From the human T2T-CHM13v2.0 reference genome, Homo sapiens, in the NCBI RefSeq assembly GCF_009914755.1, contig NC_060933.1: 64,000 nt of DNA; one strand, 5' to 3'. Numbering within the stretch: position 1 is the first letter of the stretch; every line of letters starts with the position of its first letter. Below, piece by piece: positions 46,283 through 60,920 of the stretch. The position numbers and the translations under genes were made by a program. The notes below the pieces were generated by a model, which was given only the letters and a program-made list of their open reading frames with translations, made no database searches and was not told where the DNA came from.

Positions 46283-48324
46283 GCTTTTGGTATATTATAA
46301 GCATTTTTCCATGTCATTAAATATTCCTTAAAAATATTTTTAACAGCTGCAAAGCATTCTGTTGGATGGATGGACCATAATTCTTTGAAATATTATTAGG
46401 TTATTTTCAATTGTTTTTACAGCTACAGGAATGCAGCCCTAGATCACTTGTACTTCAATATGTGTGCACACCTCTGATTATGTCCTGAGGTTGAAATCCT
46501 GACATGGACTGGCTACTGAGGTTTTGCTTCTGCCCTTAGGAAGGACTTAAAGCTCCCCTTTCAGGGCCCCTTGGGAATGAGGAGGAGAAGGAGTGAAGTT
46601 AATGGAACAGATGCAAAATCATTCTCAGGACATGGTGGTAAAAGGTGAGGGTGTCAGTGATGGTAGGTTGGAAATGCTAGTGTCCACATGGGGGCCTCTC
46701 TCTCTAGCTTCCCACTTTTGGGGATTCTGTTCTCTAGCCTCCTGACCTGCCATCTTAGAAACCTGTCTCAAATGACTGTAGCAAAAGGGAGAGTCAATTG
46801 GAAGAATCCTGAAATATCTTCTGTAATCAAAAGAAGGGCATTTGACCAAACCATGGGAAGGGCAGGATACAGCTGGCCCTGGACCAACCAAATAACCCCA
46901 TGGGAGGGCAGGTTCTCAAAGAATATGAAACTTCCACTTTGACCTCAAGGAGTTGGGGCAGGACAGTGCTCTCAGAAAAAGGAGATACTAGTTCCTGGAG
47001 AAAGGGAAGGCTCATGGCCTTTTGGATGTTGTTTTCTAAGAAGATGAGGTGGCAAGATGGACTTGGGGCTGCTGCCTCCCACTAGGGGCGCTACCTGCCC
47101 ATGCTGTGGAAAAGTCTGGGCGTGGGAGCCTTTGTTCTGGTTTTGCTCGAGGCCTGAGGGAGGAACATTCTTTTAGATTGTCTCTCCGTTTCTTCCTGCT
47201 TTCAGGTTGGTGAGTCCTCTAGGACAAAGAGATTCAAGTATGGACCTTGGGGACAAGGGTGAAGGCAGCCAGTAGAGGGTTGCTCAGAGGTATACAATTA
47301 GCACTGTGGGCTTCCATAAGGTGCAGCCCAGCTCAACAACCTGAAGCTTTCACACAGAGATGTGGGGCCAAAACGAGTCAATAACAAATGCTGTGCTGAT
47401 GCCTAGAGTGTCCCTAGTGCACATCTTTCTCCTGTACCTGTGGTAGAAGAAGGCTGGGAGTCCTAGCCAAATATCTGTCCAACTCTTCATCACTATCCAG
47501 AACAGAAGAACATGTTTAGGGCTTTTGAGACACATTGCCAAATTGCTCTGTTAAAAATGGAATATTTTGGGATCAAGCGAGAAGTCCAAACCAGGGGGCT
47601 CTTGCCAGTCCTGGGCATGTCATCCTCTCAATCAGCTTTAAGTAGCATGCCAGCATTCTGCACAGGATAGAGTTCTCCTTAGAATCAGTTGATCAGACAT
47701 GACAGTCACAATCATACCACTGCTATTTGACAAAATATCGTATTGCTTTCTTCGATATAATGTTCTTATATCATTTTAAAAAACAGCTCCTGCTTTTTTT
47801 TAAGTAAAAAAAGTTGCTAGGGGAATGGAGTACTTTCAAACGTTGTTGAATTCAGAAGAGCTTCATTGGGACCCTGTTTTGCTGTGCTTTTTGTTGCCAC
47901 TGAAGTTTCCTTCTTGAGCACAGGCATTAGCGTTCAGGTTGTAGGCTTTCTGCTTTCTCAGGGGTTGGTATTTCTTTGAAGACTGGCCAAACATGGATGA
48001 ACACTTCATTGCAAGGACTGCCTACCATGACCTCTCTAAGCAACAACATGCTGTGATTGGCAGTGGGCCAGGAGGGCATGTGACAGGCTCACACCAGTAG
48101 CCACAGACTGGTATTAGCTGAAACGTCAAACCCTGTGTGGTTGTTGTATAGTTGCATGATTGAATCAAAGAATATTAGAGCTGGACGGACCCTTGGAGAC
48201 CATAGATTTCAACCCTTTCCACCAGATCTACCCACCTTACAAATAAAGGAATTGAGACCCAGGGAGAAGAAAAGGCTTATCCATGGTTACACATAAAGAA
48301 TAATCAGAATCAAGAATAAGGTGA

Positions 48325-48880
48325 GGCCAGGCGTGGTGGCTCACGCCTGTAATCCCAGCACTTTGGGAGGCTGAGGCGAGTGGACCATCTGAGGTCAGGA
48401 GTTTGAGACAAGCCGGTCAACAAGGTGAAACCCCATCTCTACTAAAAATACAAAAATCAGCCGGGCATGATGGTGGGTGCCTATAATCCCAGCTACTTGG
48501 GAGGCTGAGGCAGGAGAATTGCTTGAACTTGGGAGGCAGAGGTTGCAGTGAGCCCAAGATCATGCCATTGCGCTCCAGCCTGGGCAATAGAGCAAGACTG
48601 TGTCTCAAAAAAAAAAAAGAATAGGCTGGGTGTAGTGGCTCACGCCTGTAATCCCAGCACTTTGGGAGGCCAAGGCAGGCGGATCACCTGAGGTCAGGTG
48701 TTCGAGACCAGCCTGGCCAACATGGCAAAATCTCATCTCTACTAAAAGTACAAAAATTAGCTGGGCGTGGTGCCGGGTGCCTGTAGTCCCAGCTACTCAA
48801 GAGGCTGAGGCAGGAGAATTGTGCCACTGCACTCCAACCTAGGTGACAACAGCGAGACTCCGTCTCAAAAAAAGAAGAAG
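48325..48880 (+). mobile_element. Two tandem AluS elements sharing outer TSD aagaataaggtga
   Basis: Direct read. Confidence 0.9.
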
Positions 48881-48959
48881 AATAAGGTGAAATTTTTACA
48901 GTGTTAAAAAATAAGAACCATCAGCCTAGGATCCTGTACCGAGAAATTATCCTTCCAAA

Positions 48960-51399
48960 GAGCAGAAGAGGCTTCCAGTTTTCAGTCTGGCATGTAAAGG
49001 GCATGGAAGTCATCACTTCATCCTGGCAACAAGGAAAAAGCTAAACAAACTGAAAAAATAACTCGTCCTAGATCTGTCAAGGAAGTGAGGTCACAGGACA
49101 AACTGCTGCCCCCCAAATTAGAGACAGACAGGCAGATAATGAGAATCCAAACTTGCTGGAGCAGAAACTCACAAGCAGAAACCTCTGAGAGCCAGTGTCA
49201 CTGCAGGAAAAACCTGCTCTATGATTAACAAACGAATGGCTGGAGGCTTGGCAATGACAAGTCTGAGAGTTAAGAGCCCCATGGACCCAGTTATAGGTAA
49301 AACACTTTTGTGAGTTTACCTTCTGGAGCTCTACCAGGTTCTCAGAGTGAAGACTGAGGGAAAAATCCCTTTATGTTCCTGGAAGAGAAAGGGAAAAGGA
49401 ACCATTTTGAAATATACCAGAGCATTCTGGTCCCGTTAAGGCCTGCCCCAAGAGAAACTATTTTACCAGGATCTACCCTATTGGGGCTTAATTAGAGCTG
49501 ACCTAGGGAAGGGAAATATCCAACTCTAGCCTCTTTTCCCATTCTGTCTCATGTAAGGGGTGGAGGGGAAACTGAGGAGCCCTTATAAAGTTCTCAGCCC
49601 TGATGCACAGGCTCCCTAAAAGACTGTGACCCAATCACAGGACTATAGAATGCTACCCCCACACCTCACACCACACCACTAAAGGCCTGTCTACCTAGTG
49701 CGTCATGCCTGCCTTTCAAAAAAAAATTACAAGGCATAAATTACAAGGCAAAAAGTTACAAGGCAAAAAACACTGTTCAAAGGGACAGAGCAAGCATTAA
49801 AACCAGACTCAGATGTGGCAAAAATGTTGAAATTATCAGACAACATTATTACACCAGGAACATTATCAGGCCAGGAATTTAGAACATTGTGAGGCCAGGA
49901 ATTTAAAACAACTATGAAGAATATGCTAAGAGCTCGCATAAAAGTAAGTAAACAACATGCAAGAGCAGATGGGTGCTGTAAGAAGAGAGACGGAAAATCT
50001 AAGAAAGAATAAAAAAAAAAGGCTAGGCTCAAAAACACTGCAACAGAAATGAAGAATGCCTTTGATAGGCTGGGCATGGCTGAAGAAAAATCTCTGAGTT
50101 TGAGGATTACGTCCATAAAGCGCCTAAAACTGAAAAGCAAAGAGAAAAAGGATGGAAGAAACAAAACAAAAACAAAAACCCAGGAGAGAATAGTGGGACA
50201 ACTACAAAACATACAATATTCATTTAATGGGAATACCAGAAGAAAAGGAAAGGAAGAAAGGAATAGAAGAAATATTTAAAACAATAATAACTGAGGCCAG
50301 GCATGGTGGCTCACGCCTGTAATCCCAGCACTTTAGGAGGTTGAGGTGGGTGGATCACTTGAGGTCAGGAGTTCAAGACCAGCCTGGCCAGCATGGCGAA
50401 ACCCCATCTCTACTAAAAATACAAAAACAATTAGCTGGGCATGGTGACACACGCCTGCAATCCCAGCCACTTCGGTGGCTGAGGCACGAAAGAAAATTGC
50501 TTGAACCCGGGAGGCAGAGGTTGCAGCGAGCCGAGATCGCCACTACACTCCAGCCTGGGCAACAGAGAAAGACCCTGTTTAGAAAAACAAAACAAAAACA
50601 AAAACAAACAAACAAAAGATAATAACTGATAATTTCCCTCAAATTAATATCAGACACCAAACCACAGATCCAGGAAGCTCAGAGAACATCAAGCAAGATA
50701 AATGCCAAGAAACTCCCACATTTAGCGTATTATATTCAAACTGTAGAAATAAAAGATAAGGAAAAAATCTTGAAAGAAGCCAGAGGAGAAAACAACTTAG
50801 TACATGGAGGAGCAAAGATAAGAATTACATCTGACTTCTCTTTAGACAGCATGCAATCGGCCGGGTGTGGTGGCTCATGCCTGTATTCCCAGCACTTTGG
50901 GAGGCTGAGATGGGAGGATCACTTGAGCCAAGGAGCTTGAGACCAGCCTAGCCAACATAGTGAGACCGCGTCCCTACAAAAAATTTAAAAATTAGCTGGG
51001 CTTGGTGGTGCATACCTGTAGTCACAGCTAATCTGGAAGCTGAGGTGGGAGGATTGCTTAAACCCAAGAGTTCAAGGCTGCAGTGAGCTACGATGGTGCC
51101 ACTGCACTCCAGCTTGGGTGACACAGTGAGACCCTGTCTCTAAAAAAGTTAGGAAAAAAAGAAAAGAAACCATTCAATTAAGAATAGAATGGCTTGAAAC
51201 AGTGTTGAGTTGAGAGGAGGAAGAAAAAAACCCAACACCAACCTAGAAGTCTATAACCTGTGAAATTATCCTTTGAAAGTAAAAGAGAAAAAAAGACTTT
51301 TTTAGACAAACAAAAATTCAGGGAGTTTGTCACCAGCAGACCTGCCTTGCAAGAAATGTTAAAAGAAGTTCTTCTGAGAGAGGAAATGACATGGGTAAG
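48960..51399 (+). mobile_element. Old L1M 5'UTR plus decayed ORF1, interrupted by Alus (50295-50620, 50859-51165)
   Basis: ORF1-like remnants EMKNAFDRL..AEE, KEKILKEAR, ..DKQKFREFVTSRPALQEMLKEVL; L1MD/MC-type 5' end. Confidence 0.8.
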
Positions 51400-52303
51400 T
51401 GTGATATTATGATAGCTATATATTGGTCTTCGTCTTGTTACAGTCTTTTGTTATAATGTTGGGACACTTTAGGTCTCCGAAGCAGGCCTCAGGAAACAGA
51501 ATCTCTCTCTCTGACCTTTTCCTGCCCCTCCTTCATCCACCAGAGAGGGTCCTGTCCCCTACCCTGGAGGAAGGAATGCTACACAGACAGACCAAAAAGA
51601 ATCTGGACAGGCCTTGCTGAGTTTCCCCACTCAGTCTATTCCTATGAGATCCTACCCTTTTGGTCCAATCACATTTCTACATGGTGGTCAATCATGCCTT
51701 TCCAGTGACGTCTCCATAAAAGGCCCAAGAGAAGCTGTGTGCTTAGCATGCACCTGTAATCCCAGCTACGTGGGAGCTTGGGTGGCTGAGGCAGCAGTTC
51801 AAAGCCAGCCTGGGTAACATAGCAAGACCCCCCCTCTCTAAAAAAAGCAAAAGCAAAACCAAAACAAAATGCTCAAGAGGACAAGGTTTGGGGAGCTTCC
51901 TAGTAGCTGAAGACCTGGAGATTCCTGGAGGGCAGTGCGCCCAGGGAGGGCATGGAGGGTCCATGCTCCTTTTTCCATACCTCACCCTATGCATCTCTTC
52001 ATCTGTAATATACTTTATAATCAGCTGGTGTCCAGCAGCGGTGGGGGCCAGCCTTGGGGACAGAGCCCTCAACCTGTGGGATCTGATGCTATCTCCAGGT
52101 AGATAGTGTTGGAGTTGAATTGGAGGCCACCCAGTGGGTATCCACCGCAGACTTGATTGCTTGCTTGGCAGTGGAAAGAAACACTTCTCACATGTGGTCA
52201 CAGAAGTCTTCTGTGTTGATGACTGCTGTTTTGAGTGAGAGAATAGAAAAAAGCAAGTTGAGGGTTAAACATAAACACACACATACACACACACACATTC
52301 ACA
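51400..52303 (+). mobile_element. MER21-family ERVL solo LTR with internal Alu monomer (~51735-51870)
   Basis: TGTGATATT..., GGCCTCAGGAAACAGAATCTCTCTCTCTGACC, GGGATCTGATGCTATCTCCAGGTAGATAGTGT; perfect 5-bp TSD GTAAG. Confidence 0.85.
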
Positions 52304-52719
52304 GTAAGGTATGCAGATCCACATGAAGAAAAGAAGAGCATAAAATGAAAAATTTCCCATCTCTACAGTAAAACACCCAAACAAAACAAATAAATTCCCA
52401 AAACATCTGCTTCTGGCCTCAGTGTACGTAGTTGGAAGAGGGAAAGGAAAGATGACCCAGAGTTGATGGGGGAAAGATGTTGCCCTGAAGGAAAAGGGAA
52501 GGAAGGAGCCCCCAGGGCTAAAGGAAGGGGCTCAGTGACTTGGTCGAGCCTGGACTGGCGGGGGTTACTTCTGCTTGAGAGTGGGGCCTGGAACACCCCT
52601 ACCCTGGGTGGAGAGAGGAGTTAGAGGAGGGCAAAACCTGCTCAGGGAGGTCTGTGATGAGAAAAGGCCCATGAAATGGCGTCTCATCTAGCCACAAGCC
52701 AAGTATGGATCTCAGGAAA

Positions 52720-53025
<306 letters not shown>

Positions 53026-53566
53026 AAACAGATCTCAGGGAGGGAGGCTTACTCTCAACTGGAGTAAAGGAAACAGCAAGAGAGGCCATGAGCAAGGGAG
53101 CAGCGAGTCTGTGGCAGCAAGCAGTGGCTGCTCAGAGGGGCCATGGGGCAGGGGGAGCAGAAGCCCTGGGTGTGGGATCTTTCTCATGGCTTTGCTGGGA
53201 AGCTGTGGGTGGGCTCCCCAGTTGGGATTCACTTTTCAGGGACTTTTCTCTATCAGCTTGTACTTCTGTCCAGGTCAGAGACTGCATGGTTTTCAATCTT
53301 TAGCTTGTGTTGGAATTACCTGCAGAGCTTGTGAAAATACTGAAGGTTGAGTTTCTGATTTAGTAAGTCTGGGGTGGGGCCTGAGGGTGTGTTTTTCTAA
53401 CCAGTCCCTAGGGGCTGTTGCTGCTGCCTGTCGAGGACTACATTTTGAGACCCATTGAACAGGAAGACAATTTTATTTTATGTGACACCATGGTAGGCAT
53501 GTGTAGCCTCTCATGTAACACTCACCACAGCTCTGCTGGAGAGGTGCTGGACAGTTTGTGAACCTC

Positions 53567-54032
53567 TGTTATGGGTTGAATTGTGTCCACCAAAATATGT
53601 TGATGTCCTAACCCCCTGGACCTCAGAATGTGACTTTATTTGGAACTAGGGTAGTTGTAGGTGTAATTAAGATGGGGTCCTATTGGGGTAAGGTAATCTG
53701 ATATGACTGGTGTCGTTATAAGAAGATACAGAAACACAGAGAGTGAAGAATGCCACATGAGGACAGAGACAGGGAGAAGACAGCCATGTGACAATGGAGG
53801 TGCAAATTCGAGTGATGCACCCACAAGCCATAGAATGCTCAGCACTGCCAGGCACCAGCAGAGGCCAGGAGAGAAGGAAGGATTCTCCCCTATAGATTTC
53901 AGAGACAGCATGGCCCTGCTGACACCACGCTGTGGCCTTCTAGCCTCCAGAACCGTGAGACAGTAAATGTGTGTTGTTTTAAGCCACCCAATTTGTGTTA
54001 CTTTGTTACGGCAGCCAGAGGAAACTAATACA
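53567..54032 (+). mobile_element. MLT1 (MLT1B/C-like) MaLR LTR
   Basis: TGTTATGGGTTGAATTGTGTCC...TTTAAGCCACCCAATTTGTGTTACTTTGTTACGGCAGCC...AAACTAATACA. Confidence 0.88.
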
Positions 54033-56345
54033 CTCTCAAAGCCAAACTAGCCTTAGGCTGTTCTCTCCAGGTGACTCAGCTGTTCTGTGAGTGCTGTGAC
54101 TGCAACTGGCGGGACCTGGGATCCCTTCCTGAGTCAAAGAGAGCTATGGACATGAGGTGACCTGGTGCAGAAACATTGCCCAGTGGGGGCACTCTTTCCC
54201 GGATAGTGACGATTGGCCTAGCCAGCTCCTTTGACTGTGTGCGAGTGATAAAGAGGTAACAAGACGCATCAGAAGGAGCAAGCAGGGGGCATCCTGCAAA
54301 GCCATTCCAGCCACAGTCATCTCCTTAATGAAGAGGGGGCTTGTCCCAGGTCTCCAGGAAGCAGTTATGAAATTGTCCTGTTCTTCCTAATAATTAACTT
54401 ATCTACCTCATCTGAGCAACCATTTGTGTGCCTCTCTTCTTTGCAATCTGGAAGGACCTAAAAAAAATAAGAAGAATTCTAAATTAAAAATTACGATCTT
54501 CATTTCTCAGTTGAGCAAACTGAGGCTCAGAATGGTTAGGTAACTTATCCAGGGGCTAATAAACTGCAGAGATTGGTCTTAAACCCCTGGCTTCTATTTT
54601 ACCATCGCATTCAAGTTATCTCTCAGGGGAAAGGCCCACGCAGAGTCTCTTGGTGTGAGGTGGCTTCTACTGTGAGCACCCCACATATCAGACTATGTGC
54701 CCTGCAGAATGCACAATGGCCACACCATGGGCTTGGGCAGGGGCCAGCAAGCAGTTTCCTCAACAAGCTACTAAGAAAAAGGTGGCTGCTCCCTCTCTGT
54801 CTTTGGCGCCCAGAGCTTGCCTCATTCTTGCCTCATGCATGTCTGCATCATTCATTCAACAAGCACTTATTAAATACCTTCTATGCTTCCCAGCCTTTGA
54901 GTGTTAAGGGTTCGTGCAGTTCTTTAATTTGAGGAGTTATCCTTCACACCCTTAACCACTAACTCAGTATCCCCCTCCCTAAGCAATCAATATGATTTTT
55001 ACTATAGAGGAATTCATACAGGAAAGGGATTTATGCCTAAGGCTGTCCATGTATTGTCTGAAGAAGGTCTGCCTTCGAAAACATGTGTTCATGTGATGTA
55101 GACTATTAGAGGTTCAGAAAGGGAAACAGCAACTCAACAAGCTTTGGTGACTACTGAATCCAGTCCTTGGCATATCATAGGAGCTCAAGAAATGTTATGG
55201 ACTAGTTGAAAGGATCTGGGCAATGCCTCTGTTAGAAATTATTTATCACCAGGACCAGTTAAAAATCAGTGTCTTCATTTATTTATTTACTTTTATTCAT
55301 TCAAGAAATATCTATTGAGTCCCTACTGATAATGGAAAGGTGAATGAGTCAGTCCCTGCTCCTGAGAACATTAAGGAATAATCAACATGGAGGGTCCCTG
55401 GAACCAATGTTACTAAATAAATAACCGACCCTGGGGAAGAGCAACCATACTTAAAAGGCATCTTATGCTGGACTGTGTTTAGTTCCTGAGAAGTGTCCCC
55501 CTTGGGGAGGCACCATGTATAAGAATGGGAGTTGGGCCATTTGCCAGTTACTACTTATGTAATCCTAAATTATCTAAACTCATGAGCCTCATTCTCCTCT
55601 GTAAAAGGGGTGTAATAATCACACCTACCTGACAGCGCTGCTGTGAGGATTTGAGAAGAATATGAAATAATCCATGTAATAATCAGTTTGCTCAGTTTCT
55701 GGCACTCAGTAAGAAGACATACATTTAGTAGATATTTATGGGCTGAGCTCCTTGTGGAAAGGGATTACATTTTAGTCTCTTTGTTAACTACTTCGAGGAA
55801 TAGGCCCATCAATCACACAAGAGGTGGGATCTATAATGACTCTTCATAATGATGTGGCCCAAAGAGTGTTTCTTGGAGCACCAAAGCCAACAAACACTTT
55901 CTTCATAATTAAATAGTTCGAGAAACTCTGCTGGCAATGCAACTGCCTTCTCTTGAAGATTCATAAGGTATATCAGTAGATTAAGGATGTTAGAAGAGTT
56001 TGTAATGAAGAAACCTGTTTAACTTTATTTAGTTCAGTGTTTTCCAATCTTATCGGACCAATAATGTACCCTGGAAGAACCCAAACTCCTGAAGCTTCAA
56101 CTTGGAAGGAGATTCTGGGCAGAGAGATGGTTGATGCCAGAGCTCCTGCCTCTCCTGAGGGTTTCTTCTCCCCCATGGAGTTCTCACTTTACTCTCTGCT
56201 GTTGCCATCTATTGACTTCCAGGGTTGTTCTGACGCCTCATTAAAACTCACAGTAGAGCTGATGCTGGCTGAAATATTACAAAGACTTTGCTAAACATCA
56301 GAGGGACTTCCAGAAGAATACAAAGAAACATCAAGAAACACATCA

Positions 56346-56575
56346 GGCTGGGTGCGGTGGCTCACACCTGTAATTCCAGCACTTTAGGAGGCTGAGGTGG
56401 GCAGATCACTTTAGGTCAGGAGTTCGAGACCGGCCTGGCCAACATGGTGAAACCCCATCTCTACTAAAAATAAAAAAATTATCCGGGTGTGATGGTGCAC
56501 TCCAGCCTGGGAAGGGCAACAGAGCAAGACTCTGTCTCAAAAAAAAAAGAGAGAAAGAAAAAGAGAAAAAAGAAA
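56346..56575 (+). mobile_element. AluS with right-arm deletion
   Basis: TSD aagaaacacatca. Confidence 0.88.
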
Positions 56576-57061
56576 CACATCAAAGCCTGATGGGAGTTGC
56601 AGCCCCCACACAGCCGGCTGCTGGCAGGCATTGTCCCCTTGAGACCCTGCCTCCTTTTCATCCCTAAAGGGCTGGTTGACCCATGATCAACCCAATCCCA
56701 ATCCCCAATGCCAGCGGCCCCAAAGGAACCTGACCCTTGATGACCGCCCACACTGGTCTGGTGGCCACCGCTGGCTCTTTAAGATATGCTTGGGCCCTTG
56801 AAGCTTCTCTTAATTAACTGACAAGCAGACACTGGGCTGGACCAATTAAATGAGCTCAGGGATGACTCACTGGAAGGAAATGCAGAGATACAGAACCAGA
56901 TAATCTGACTCACATGGTCAGCCTCTCTAGGTTCTAGCTTATTTACCTGCAGAATGTCAGAGATAATGGATTTATCCGACCTCTGACTATAATTCTAAAA
57001 AATCCCATAGCTCGGATCTCCCTGTCAGATAATAAGTCAGTTCTACTGAATTATTTTTTAA

Positions 57062-58166
<1,105 letters not shown>

Positions 58167-59552
58167 CATTACTCTTAAAATTATAAGATCTCACCCAAGG
58201 TGGAGGAAATCACCTAACTCATCCAGGGATAAGAAGTTCTGTCAAAGGGTTGGTTTATTCCTTTACACACTTCACACACACACAATCCTTCCCCCACCCC
58301 TGACACCCTTTTCAACTATTTAAGGTCTGGGGGCTACTTCCGGGTATTTTTGGGTACCAGCAGGGAGACAGAAATGAGCAGGATTTATGGGAGAGTCAAA
58401 TGCCCCTCTCAAAACAGTTAAAGGCCTTCCTTATAAATGGCCTCTCTCTGTAAATATAAAAACTAACTATAAGAATCTCAAACGGTCAGCCCTAAAAGAC
58501 CAGGTCTTGTGGGATTGTAGAGTTGGCTGCTATGAAGGGAAGACTGGAAAAAGTGCCTCCAGAGACACGGGGTGGTCCACAGCCTAACAGTTAAAATGCT
58601 CATCACTTTTAAGAACTTTCCTAACCCCTTTAGTTCTTTGATGCTAAGCAGGGAAGAGGGAGGCTTGGAGACCAGGGATGTCCTCCCAGGTGGTGCTGGG
58701 GCCTGGGTTGCCCTCAGGAGCCCTCTGCCTCTGGAACACCGTGCTTGGTAGGAGTTATTGAAGGGCTGTGTACAGTGAGTAAGCCCTTTCTTGTCAGCAA
58801 ACCTTCATCAAGTCTTCAGAGCGATACCTGTCAAGAAGGATATGATATTTAGGGTGATGGTGACTGGGTAGGGAAAGGCTGATTTCTTTCAAAATTGGAA
58901 ATAGAAAAATACACTGAAACAGACAATTGTTCTTAGTGTTGAAATATCATCCTGATTTCTCTGATGGTGCTACTTCCTAGGAAGTCACTAGAGATGAGAT
59001 CTGAGTGACGGTTTAGTTCACTGAGGCTCTACCATGTGGCAGGCTCTGCGCCAAGCAATGGAGATACAGAAAGACGTAATCCCCACTCTCACAGAGCCCA
59101 GGAACCAGTGGTTGTGTCAGACATGAACAGGTGATGTCACTGTCATGCAGTAAGTGGTAGGATGAGAATATGAACGGGGAGCTCCCGGCAACCTTCCATA
59201 GTCTCCTGCAGGATTTTTAGATGTGCGACCCCATTCTTCTCACAGTGCTTAATAGGAAACAGCAAAGACTAGGAAGACTTCTCAGGGACAAATCCTAGCT
59301 CAACGAACCCAGTACTGTGTAACTGTGATGGTCACCATTTGCCAAATGTTGTAGAGGGCATCTCTGTCTTTGTCTCTGTGGGATCCCTTACTTCTTAATT
59401 TGGTGACAGCAATCTAGATTCTTCCTGAAGAATTACTCCTTCCCTGTTGCCTTAGCCTTGATGGGGTGTTAAATACCACCCCTTACACCCCACCTCTAGA
59501 CACTTTATGCCTGAGCAAGGATTTCGCATGAGACCCAAGCTAGCCAAACAAG

Positions 59553-60459
59553 TGTGAAAGTAGTCAGAATCAAAATGGAGTCACTAATGTTAAGAAAACC
59601 CTGACAAATTGAACCCTGACAAATGAAAGAGGCTTCTCATACTTGTATGCCTGATAACAAAAGACTGCAAAACCACAGCCTTGCACAAAGGCCATCACAA
59701 CCTTACACAAAAAATACTGCAAGGACAACTGCCTAATTACTGCCTGTCCAGTCTCACACTGAAGTCACCCATGTTATTGATCTTTGTAGCCCAAAATAAT
59801 TATTTCAGGACAAGTATGTAATCCTCTTCACTTTTCCTTTAAAAACCCTTGTCTTCCTCAGTGTGGCGATTCCTCAAGGATCTAGAACTAGAAATACCAT
59901 TTGACCCAGCCATCCCATTACTGGGTATATACCCAAAGGTGTATATGTGGCACATATACACCATGGAATACTATGCAGCCATAAAAAAGGATGAGTTCAT
60001 GTCCTTTGTAGGGACATGGATGAAGCTGGAAACCATCATTCTCAGTAAACTATCACAAGGACAAAAAACCAAACACCGCGTGTTCTCACTCACAGGTGGG
60101 AATTGAACAATGAGAACACTTGGACACAGGAAGGGGAACATCACACACCGGGGCCTGTTGTGGAGCGGGGGGCTGGGGGAGGGATAGCATTAGGAGATAT
60201 ACCTAATGTAAATGACGAGTTAATGGGTGCAGCACACCAACATGGCACATGTATACATATGTAACAAAGCTGCACGCTGTGCACATGTACCCTAGAACTT
60301 AAAGTATAAAAAAAAACAAAAAGACAAAACCCTTGTCTTCCTTTACTTCCCTAAATATGCACATAGTTTGCTGTGGCACATTACCATTGCAATGCTTTAT
60401 TCCTAAATAAACATCTTTTGTTTTGGAGAACCTCTCTCTGTGTATTATTTAGTTTGATG
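59553..60459 (+). mobile_element. MER72-like ERV1 solo LTR (interrupted by L1PA)
   Basis: TGTGAAAGTAGTCAGAATCAAAATGGAGTCACTAATGTTAAGAAAACCCTGACAAAT; TSD caag. Confidence 0.78.
59859..60325 (+). mobile_element. 5'-truncated L1PA (approx. L1PA4-6): ORF2 C-terminus, 3'UTR, polyA
   Basis: VWRFLKDLELEIPFDPAIPLLGIYPK...MKLETIILSKLSQGQKTKHRVFSLTGGN; 17-bp TSD aaaacccttgtcttcct. Confidence 0.93.
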
Positions 60460-60604
60460 CAAGATTCTCCAAGGAACCTGAACTTGTACACAGACAAAGA
60501 TGAACATGAACAAAGCTAATTTCATTCTGGTGGCAGCAACCTGGAAGGTCATCCATTAATTCTTGCTACCTGTATCCCACAAAACAACTTCATCCTATTC
60601 CTTC

Positions 60605-60920
60605 TTCTTCTTTTTTTTTTTTTTTTTTTTTGAGACAGGGTCTTGCTCTTTCACACAGGCTGGAGTGTAGTGGTGCAATCATAGCTCACTACAACCTCAT
60701 TCTTGTGGGCTCAGGTGATCCTCTCACCTCAGCCTCCTGAGTACCTGTGACCACAGGTGCGCACCAACATGCCTGGCTAATTTTATTTTTTTGTACAGAC
60801 AGGTTCTCACTATCTCTCTATGCAGCCCAGGCTGGTCTTGAACTCCTGGACTCAAGCAACCCTCTCACTTCAGCCTCTCAAACTGCTGGGATTACAGGCA
60901 TGAGCCACTGCACCCACCCC
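60605..60920 (-). mobile_element. AluJ
   Basis: TSD cctattccttctt. Confidence 0.9.

Noticed and set aside
47079-47093. CTCF-like CCACTAGGGGCGC
   Set aside because: It is one G short of the consensus spacing, so a weak match.
49727-50212. 161-aa hydrophobic minus-strand ORF resembling a membrane protein
   Set aside because: It is the antisense of A-rich L1 ORF1 remnants; the T-richness produces the Phe/Leu bias.
59849-60106. L1 ORF2 fragment as a functional CDS
   Set aside because: It is a 5'-truncated ~470-bp copy with no promoter, no ATG start and an internal deletion.
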